The position numbers were made by a program, and so were the translations under genes. Of a DNA stretch of 18,151 bases, positions 1 to 6,937 are shown piece by piece; the first letter of the stretch is position 1; each line of letters starts with the position of its first letter. Under the pieces are notes generated by a model. It searched no databases. It was given only the letters and a program-made list of their open reading frames with translations, and had not been told where the DNA came from. This DNA is from Azolla caroliniana. Its lineage: Eukaryota > Plantae > Polypodiophyta. The stretch is taken from NCBI GenBank assembly GCA_043228905.1, contig JBHGNT010000661.1:1-18151 (forward strand). The letters are read 5' to 3'.

Positions 1-234
1 TACGCGCACGCGCGAGTGCGCACATTTACCTATGTATGTATAAATGTTATGTTGCTCGACAAGCTCTCGCGCGAGGAGGAGGAGTACCCGCTACAGGTTG
101 CGCCCAGATTGTCTGGTGACAATACGACACCTAGGACTAGCCTAGACGTGTGGGAGGGTGGACTAGTTGGTATGGGTCTTGGGCAAGAGTTGTACGCAGG
201 ACACACACGTTATGGTAATGGGAGTGGTGAGTGA

Positions 235-276
235 CATGCATGTGCTCTGATTGCATGGCCATGTGTATATATTAAA
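235..276 (+). promoter_or_regulatory. Core promoter of copy 1: two RY elements plus TATA box
   Basis: CATGCATG at 235-242, TGCATG at 252-257 and TATATATTAAA at 266-276, the last starting 77 bp before the ATG at 343. Confidence 0.75.
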
Positions 277-342
277 GGTGGAGGGAGCAATGTCAATACA
301 ATCCATTAGGAGACAAGCACCGGGATCATAAGGACAATCGCA

Positions 343-1103
343 ATGGCAAAGCTTACTTCCGTATTCCTCATGGCCGTGATCATGCTCGCCGCGTGTACCG
401 CGGCCAATGCTAGGTCTGTAGGGCGGGACCGTGAAGAGGAGCGACGCGATCGACGTCGTGAGGGAGACATTGACGAGGAGAGGCGCGATCGACGCCGAGA
501 GGGGGAGTGCGATGACGAGAGGCGCGAGCGACGTCGTGAGGGGTTCCTTGAGGAGGGGCGCCGCTACAGAGACAACAAGAGAAGCCGTGGTCGCGATGAG
601 CCACGTGGACGAGGAAACTGAGGCGAGAGTGCGGTGATTTCATCGACAAGCAGATCCGAGAGCTACAAGAGCGCTCCGAAAGAGAGGAAGGTGAACAAGG
701 ACGTCGCTCCCCATGGATCGAAAACACTCGATACTCAAGACCCTCGGAACGGTGCTGCAGGAACGTCGAACGAATCCCCGCCGAAGATCGATGCGATCGC
801 CTACGTGATGCCTTGTATGCTGACGAGGAGGAACGACGCAATGATGAAGGCCGACGCCATGGCCAACAATCAAGGGAACACCGTAGCTGGGAGGAAGAGG
901 ACGAGGAGCGCGAGAGAGATAGCAGCCGTGAGCGACGAGAGGGTGACGAACGCCGCCACCGCATGTCTCGACGACAAGAGGACGAACGTCAACAACGTCG
1001 CCAATTCAAGGCCGATGACGAGGAAAGAGCTCTAGGCGTCGCCGCCTCCCGCCTACTCCAACAGTGCGATCTTCGCCCTCGTGCTTGTATTCGTCGCTTC
1101 TAA
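343..1103 (+). pseudogene. Frameshifted copy of the 2S-albumin-like storage protein gene (or a local sequence error)
   Basis: Compared with copy 2 it has a 27-bp deletion at 582/583 (removes DSEEERERR), an extra G at 607-608 and an extra A at 615-617. These give a premature TGA at 619-621 (92 aa). The downstream sequence matches the intact copies through TAA at 1101-1103. Confidence 0.75.
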
Positions 1104-1170
1104 ATAGTACATAAACCTTGTTCAAATTATTCTCGTGGTCTCTCTCTAATTTCTCGTAAGTGTTTACGAA
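1104..1170 (+). terminator. Probable short 3' UTR / polyadenylation region (representative)
   Basis: AT/pyrimidine-rich stretch directly after TAA, with an AATAAA-like CATAAA at 1110-1115 and T-rich tracts downstream. There is no canonical AATAAA. Confidence 0.35.
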
Positions 1171-1202
1171 CAAGTGCGTCTCCCCAATCGCGCATTACAC
1201 CC

Positions 1203-1264
1203 ACACGAACGTAAACACGAGCACCAACGTCCCTCCAACACGAACGTAAACACGAGCACCAACG
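1203..1264 (+). repeat. Perfect 27-bp direct repeat, 2 copies with period 35, downstream of the stop codon (representative, present in every unit)
   Basis: ACACGAACGTAAACACGAGCACCAACG at 1203-1229 and 1238-1264, separated by TCCCTCCA. Confidence 0.95.
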
Positions 1265-1611
1265 CATAGAATTTGCCTATAGGGACCGCAAACCACCCAA
1301 ACGGAAAAAAAAACATCAAAGCAGGACACCCATACCGCACACGCCACGGCAACGGCTAAGGCTAAGGTCAACTTGTACACGCGGCGAATGTGAACTTGCT
1401 TCCACACTTGCCCGATAGGACACTCCTAGTGTGGTAGTCCGGTTAGCTTTCCTTGTCGTCGTCGTTACCAACCCCTCGTCCGTCCGAACGAGCGAGTACG
1501 GACACCGGTCTATCTACGTTCATCGATGTAGCACACTCGGGAGCCACCACTCGTCCCGCAGTAGCCTCCGCGTGCTTAGTGTCTCGGCACTAGCGCGTTC
1601 TAGTTTAATGT

Positions 1612-1841
1612 GCACGTGCCCGCACACCCCTACGCGCACGCGCGAGTGCGCACATTTACCTATGTATGTATAAATGTTATGTTGCTCGACAAGCTCTCGC
1701 GCGAGGAGGAGGAGTACCCGCTACAGGTTGCGCCCAGATTGTCTGGTGACAATACGACACCTAGGACTAGCCTAGACGTGTGGGAGGGTGGACTAGTTGG
1801 TATGGGTCTTGGGCAAGAGTTGTACGCAGGACACACACGTT
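1612..1841. promoter_or_regulatory. Upstream G-box/ABRE-like ACGT elements (representative, present in every unit)
   Basis: Palindromic GCACGTGC at 1612-1619, GACGTGT at 1775-1781 and ACACGT at 1835-1840 (ACGTGT on the minus strand). bZIP-type sites typically partner RY elements. The motifs are short, so individually weak. Confidence 0.5.
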
Positions 1842-1864
1842 ATGGTAATGGGAGTGGTGAGTGA

Positions 1865-1906
1865 CATGCATGTGCTCTGATTGCATGGCCATGTGTATAT
1901 ATTAAA
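1865..1906 (+). promoter_or_regulatory. Core promoter, representative (copy 2): RY/Sph elements plus TATA box. The same module lies at 3520-3561, 5175-5216, 6830-6871, 8485-8526, 10140-10181, 11795-11836, 13450-13491, 15105-15146 and 16760-16801.
   Basis: CATGCATG at 1865-1872, TGCATG (CATGCA on the minus strand) at 1882-1887 and TATATATTAAA at 1896-1906. RY is the established binding site of the B3 factors ABI3/FUS3/LEC2 in storage-protein promoters. Confidence 0.75.
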
Positions 1907-1972
1907 GGTGGAGGGAGCAATGTCAATACAATCCATTAGGAGACAAGCACCGGGATCATAAGGACAATCGCA

Positions 1973-2758
1973 ATGGCAAAGCTTACTTCCGTATTCCTCA
2001 TGGCCGTGATCATGCTCGCCGCGTGTACCGCGGCCAATGCTAGGTCTGTAGGGCGGGACCGTGAAGAGGAGCGACGCGATCGACGTCGTGAGGGAGACAT
2101 TGACGAGGAGAGGCGCGATCGACGCCGAGAGGGGGAGTGCGATGACGAGAGGCGCGAGCGACGTCGTGAGGGGTTCCTTGAGGAGGGGCGCCGCTACAGA
2201 GACAACAAGAGAGACTCCGAAGAGGAAAGGGAACGTCGTAGCCGTGGTCGCGATGAGCCACGTGACGAGGAACTGAGGCGAGAGTGCGGTGATTTCATCG
2301 ACAAGCAGATCCGAGAGCTACAAGAGCGCTCCGAAAGAGAGGAAGGTGAACAAGGACGTCGCTCCCCATGGATCGAAAACACTCGATACTCAAGACCCTC
2401 GGAACGGTGCTGCAGGAACGTCGAACGAATCCCCGCCGAAGATCGATGCGATCGCCTACGTGATGCCTTGTATGCTGACGAGGAGGAACGACGCAATGAT
2501 GAAGGCCGACGCCATGGCCAACAATCAAGGGAACACCGTAGCTGGGAGGAAGAGGACGAGGAGCGCGAGAGAGATAGCAGCCGTGAGCGACGAGAGGGTG
2601 ACGAACGCCGCCACCGCATGTCTCGACGACAAGAGGACGAACGTCAACAACGTCGCCAATTCAAGGCCGATGACGAGGAAAGAGCTCTAGGCGTCGCCGC
2701 CTCCCGCCTACTCCAACAGTGCGATCTTCGCCCTCGTGCTTGTATTCGTCGCTTCTAA
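1973..2758 (+). CDS. Arg/Glu-rich 2S albumin-like seed/spore storage protein precursor (prolamin superfamily), copy 2
   Basis: Good plant start context (GCAATGGCA) and a 'MAKL' hydrophobic signal peptide ending ANA (about aa 1-23). Cys pattern C105...C146C147-x9-[D]RC159...LLQQC250-x6-C257. Intronless, with an RY+TATA promoter upstream. Confidence 0.88.
   Translation: MAKLTSVFLMAVIMLAACTAANARSVGRDREEERRDRRREGDIDEERRDRRREGECDDERRERRREGFLEEGRRYRDNKRDSEEERERRSRGRDEPRDEELRRECGDFIDKQIRELQERSEREEGEQGRRSPWIENTRYSRPSERCCRNVERIPAEDRCDRLRDALYADEEERRNDEGRRHGQQSREHRSWEEEDEERERDSSRERREGDERRHRMSRRQEDERQQRRQFKADDEERALGVAASRLLQQCDLRPRACIRRF
2063..2179 (+). repeat. Intragenic 39-bp (13-aa) tandem repeat, 3 copies (representative, present in every copy)
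   Basis: EEERRDRRREGDI / DEERRDRRREGEC / DDERRERRREGFL (aa 31-69), followed by a partial EEGRR. Confidence 0.9.
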
Positions 2759-3627
2759 ATAGTACATAAACCTTGTTCAAATTATTCTCGTGGTCTCTCT
2801 CTAATTTCTCGTAAGTGTTTACGAACAAGTGCGTCTCCCCAATCGCGCATTACACCCACACGAACGTAAACACGAGCACCAACGTCCCTCCAACACGAAC
2901 GTAAACACGAGCACCAACGCATAGAATTTGCCTATAGGGACCGCAAACCACCCAAACGGAAAAAAAAACATCAAAGCAGGACACCCATACCGCACACGCC
3001 ACGGCAACGGCTAAGGCTAAGGTCAACTTGTACACGCGGCGAATGTGAACTTGCTTCCACACTTGCCCGATAGGACACTCCTAGTGTGGTAGTCCGGTTA
3101 GCTTTCCTTGTCGTCGTCGTTACCAACCCCTCGTCCGTCCGAACGAGCGAGTACGGACACCGGTCTATCTACGTTCATCGATGTAGCACACTCGGGAGCC
3201 ACCACTCGTCCCGCAGTAGCCTCCGCGTGCTTAGTGTCTCGGCACTAGCGCGTTCTAGTTTAATGTGCACGTGCCCGCACACCCCTACGCGCACGCGCGA
3301 GTGCGCACATTTACCTATGTATGTATAAATGTTATGTTGCTCGACAAGCTCTCGCGCGAGGAGGAGGAGTACCCGCTACAGGTTGCGCCCAGATTGTCTG
3401 GTGACAATACGACACCTAGGACTAGCCTAGACGTGTGGGAGGGTGGACTAGTTGGTATGGGTCTTGGGCAAGAGTTGTACGCAGGACACACACGTTATGG
3501 TAATGGGAGTGGTGAGTGACATGCATGTGCTCTGATTGCATGGCCATGTGTATATATTAAAGGTGGAGGGAGCAATGTCAATACAATCCATTAGGAGACA
3601 AGCACCGGGATCATAAGGACAATCGCA

Positions 3628-4413
3628 ATGGCAAAGCTTACTTCCGTATTCCTCATGGCCGTGATCATGCTCGCCGCGTGTACCGCGGCCAATGCTAGGT
3701 CTGTAGGGCGGGACCGTGAAGAGGAGCGACGCGATCGACGTCGTGAGGGAGACATTGACGAGGAGAGGCGCGATCGACGCCGAGAGGGGGAGTGCGATGA
3801 CGAGAGGCGCGAGCGACGTCGTGAGGGGTTCCTTGAGGAGGGGCGCCGCTACAGAGACAACAAGAGAGACTCCGAAGAGGAAAGGGAACGTCGTAGCCGT
3901 GGTCGCGATGAGCCACGTGACGAGGAACTGAGGCGAGAGTGCGGTGATTTCATCGACAAGCAGATCCGAGAGCTACAAGAGCGCTCCGAAAGAGAGGAAG
4001 GTGAACAAGGACGTCGCTCCCCATGGATCGAAAACACTCGATACTCAAGACCCTCGGAACGGTGCTGCAGGAACGTCGAACGAATCCCCGCCGAAGATCG
4101 ATGCGATCGCCTACGTGATGCCTTGTATGCTGACGAGGAGGAACGACGCAATGATGAAGGCCGACGCCATGGCCAACAATCAAGGGAACACCGTAGCTGG
4201 GAGGAAGAGGACGAGGAGCGCGAGAGAGATAGCAGCCGTGAGCGACGAGAGGGTGACGAACGCCGCCACCGCATGTCTCGACGACAAGAGGACGAACGTC
4301 AACAACGTCGCCAATTCAAGGCCGATGACGAGGAAAGAGCTCTAGGCGTCGCCGCCTCCCGCCTACTCCAACAGTGCGATCTTCGCCCTCGTGCTTGTAT
4401 TCGTCGCTTCTAA
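3628..4413 (+). CDS. 2S albumin-like storage protein precursor, copy 3
   Basis: Translation identical to copy 2. Confidence 0.88.
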   Translation: MAKLTSVFLMAVIMLAACTAANARSVGRDREEERRDRRREGDIDEERRDRRREGECDDERRERRREGFLEEGRRYRDNKRDSEEERERRSRGRDEPRDEELRRECGDFIDKQIRELQERSEREEGEQGRRSPWIENTRYSRPSERCCRNVERIPAEDRCDRLRDALYADEEERRNDEGRRHGQQSREHRSWEEEDEERERDSSRERREGDERRHRMSRRQEDERQQRRQFKADDEERALGVAASRLLQQCDLRPRACIRRF

Positions 4414-5282
4414 ATAGTACATAAACCTTGTTCAAATTATTCTCGTGGTCTCTCTCTAATTTCTCGTAAGTGTTTACGAACAAGTGCGTCTCCCCAATCG
4501 CGCATTACACCCACACGAACGTAAACACGAGCACCAACGTCCCTCCAACACGAACGTAAACACGAGCACCAACGCATAGAATTTGCCTATAGGGACCGCA
4601 AACCACCCAAACGGAAAAAAAAACATCAAAGCAGGACACCCATACCGCACACGCCACGGCAACGGCTAAGGCTAAGGTCAACTTGTACACGCGGCGAATG
4701 TGAACTTGCTTCCACACTTGCCCGATAGGACACTCCTAGTGTGGTAGTCCGGTTAGCTTTCCTTGTCGTCGTCGTTACCAACCCCTCGTCCGTCCGAACG
4801 AGCGAGTACGGACACCGGTCTATCTACGTTCATCGATGTAGCACACTCGGGAGCCACCACTCGTCCCGCAGTAGCCTCCGCGTGCTTAGTGTCTCGGCAC
4901 TAGCGCGTTCTAGTTTAATGTGCACGTGCCCGCACACCCCTACGCGCACGCGCGAGTGCGCACATTTACCTATGTATGTATAAATGTTATGTTGCTCGAC
5001 AAGCTCTCGCGCGAGGAGGAGGAGTACCCGCTACAGGTTGCGCCCAGATTGTCTGGTGACAATACGACACCTAGGACTAGCCTAGACGTGTGGGAGGGTG
5101 GACTAGTTGGTATGGGTCTTGGGCAAGAGTTGTACGCAGGACACACACGTTATGGTAATGGGAGTGGTGAGTGACATGCATGTGCTCTGATTGCATGGCC
5201 ATGTGTATATATTAAAGGTGGAGGGAGCAATGTCAATACAATCCATTAGGAGACAAGCACCGGGATCATAAGGACAATCGCA

Positions 5283-6068
5283 ATGGCAAAGCTTACTTCC
5301 GTATTCCTCATGGCCGTGATCATGCTCGCCGCGTGTACCGCGGCCAATGCTAGGTCTGTAGGGCGGGACCGTGAAGAGGAGCGACGCGATCGACGTCGTG
5401 AGGGAGACATTGACGAGGAGAGGCGCGATCGACGCCGAGAGGGGGAGTGCGATGACGAGAGGCGCGAGCGACGTCGTGAGGGGTTCCTTGAGGAGGGGCG
5501 CCGCTACAGAGACAACAAGAGAGACTCCGAAGAGGAAAGGGAACGTCGTAGCCGTGGTCGCGATGAGCCACGTGACGAGGAACTGAGGCGAGAGTGCGGT
5601 GATTTCATCGACAAGCAGATCCGAGAGCTACAAGAGCGCTCCGAAAGAGAGGAAGGTGAACAAGGACGTCGCTCCCCATGGATCGAAAACACTCGATACT
5701 CAAGACCCTCGGAACGGTGCTGCAGGAACGTCGAACGAATCCCCGCCGAAGATCGATGCGATCGCCTACGTGATGCCTTGTATGCTGACGAGGAGGAACG
5801 ACGCAATGATGAAGGCCGACGCCATGGCCAACAATCAAGGGAACACCGTAGCTGGGAGGAAGAGGACGAGGAGCGCGAGAGAGATAGCAGCCGTGAGCGA
5901 CGAGAGGGTGACGAACGCCGCCACCGCATGTCTCGACGACAAGAGGACGAACGTCAACAACGTCGCCAATTCAAGGCCGATGACGAGGAAAGAGCTCTAG
6001 GCGTCGCCGCCTCCCGCCTACTCCAACAGTGCGATCTTCGCCCTCGTGCTTGTATTCGTCGCTTCTAA
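5283..6068 (+). CDS. 2S albumin-like storage protein precursor, copy 4
   Basis: Translation identical to copy 2. Confidence 0.88.
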   Translation: MAKLTSVFLMAVIMLAACTAANARSVGRDREEERRDRRREGDIDEERRDRRREGECDDERRERRREGFLEEGRRYRDNKRDSEEERERRSRGRDEPRDEELRRECGDFIDKQIRELQERSEREEGEQGRRSPWIENTRYSRPSERCCRNVERIPAEDRCDRLRDALYADEEERRNDEGRRHGQQSREHRSWEEEDEERERDSSRERREGDERRHRMSRRQEDERQQRRQFKADDEERALGVAASRLLQQCDLRPRACIRRF

Positions 6069-6937
6069 ATAGTACATAAACCTTGTTCAAATTATTCTCG
6101 TGGTCTCTCTCTAATTTCTCGTAAGTGTTTACGAACAAGTGCGTCTCCCCAATCGCGCATTACACCCACACGAACGTAAACACGAGCACCAACGTCCCTC
6201 CAACACGAACGTAAACACGAGCACCAACGCATAGAATTTGCCTATAGGGACCGCAAACCACCCAAACGGAAAAAAAAACATCAAAGCAGGACACCCATAC
6301 CGCACACGCCACGGCAACGGCTAAGGCTAAGGTCAACTTGTACACGCGGCGAATGTGAACTTGCTTCCGCACTTGCCCGATAGGACACTCCTAGTGTGGT
6401 AGTCCGGTTAGCTTTCCTTGTCGTCGTCGTTACCAACCCCTCGTCCGTCCGAACGAGCGAGTACGGACACCGGTCTATCTACGTTCATCGATGTAGCACA
6501 CTCGGGAGCCACCACTCGTCCCGCAGTAGCCTCCGCGTGCTTAGTGTCTCGGCACTAGCGCGTTCTAGTTTAATGTGCACGTGCCCGCACACCCCTACGC
6601 GCACGCGCGAGTGCGCACATTTACCTATGTATGTATAAATGTTATGTTGCTCGACAAGCTCTCGCGCGAGGAGGAGGAGTACCCGCTACAGGTTGCGCCC
6701 AGATTGTCTGGTGACAATACGACACCTAGGACTAGCCTAGACGTGTGGGAGGGTGGACTAGTTGGTATGGGTCTTGGGCAAGAGTTGTACGCAGGACACA
6801 CACGTTATGGTAATGGGAGTGGTGAGTGACATGCATGTGCTCTGATTGCATGGCCATGTGTATATATTAAAGGTGGAGGGAGCAATGTCAATACAATCCA
6901 TTAGGAGACAAGCACCGGGATCATAAGGACAATCGCA

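Noticed and set aside
1203-1264. CRISPR-like repeat-spacer pattern
   Set aside because: There are only two repeats with an 8-bp invariant spacer, no cas genes, and the context is a plant gene.
1354-1371. GGCTAA GGCTAA GGTCAA as a telomere-like repeat
   Set aside because: Only 2-3 copies, and it does not match TTTAGGG, TTAGGG or TTAGGC on either strand.
1164-1407. Hydrophobic 62-aa and 70-aa minus-strand ORFs resembling membrane peptides
   Set aside because: They have non-ATG starts, and the Val/Phe/Cys richness simply reflects the G/T-rich minus strand and the 27-bp repeat.
1425-1500. Possible tRNA or SINE (TGGTAGTCCGGTTAG as A-box-like, GTCCGAA as B-box-like)
   Set aside because: Both boxes mismatch the consensus, and I could not build a cloverleaf, acceptor stem or anticodon arm.
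1669-1675. Second TATA-like TATAAAT
   Set aside because: It is about 300 bp upstream of the ATG and would put several upstream ATGs in the leader. The TATA at 1896-1906 fits better.
1431-1864. 80-aa and 84-aa plus-strand ORFs in the spacer
   Set aside because: Both start with GTG in a eukaryotic context, overlap promoter elements and show no protein features.
1938-1944. AGGAG Shine-Dalgarno-like sequence suggesting a prokaryotic gene
   Set aside because: It lies about 30 nt from the ATG, too far for a ribosome-binding site. The TATA, RY elements, Kozak-like context and protein family all indicate a plant gene.
2194-2619. 141-aa Ser/Arg-rich antisense ORF (184 aa in copy 1)
   Set aside because: It is the shadow of the GAG/GAA/CGA-rich sense strand, with no promoter or domain evidence.
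2289-2690. 133-aa and 71-aa alternative-frame ORFs, and 73/77-aa antisense ORFs, inside the main CDS
   Set aside because: They overlap the well-supported frame, have no recognisable motifs, and are expected in GC-rich low-complexity coding DNA.
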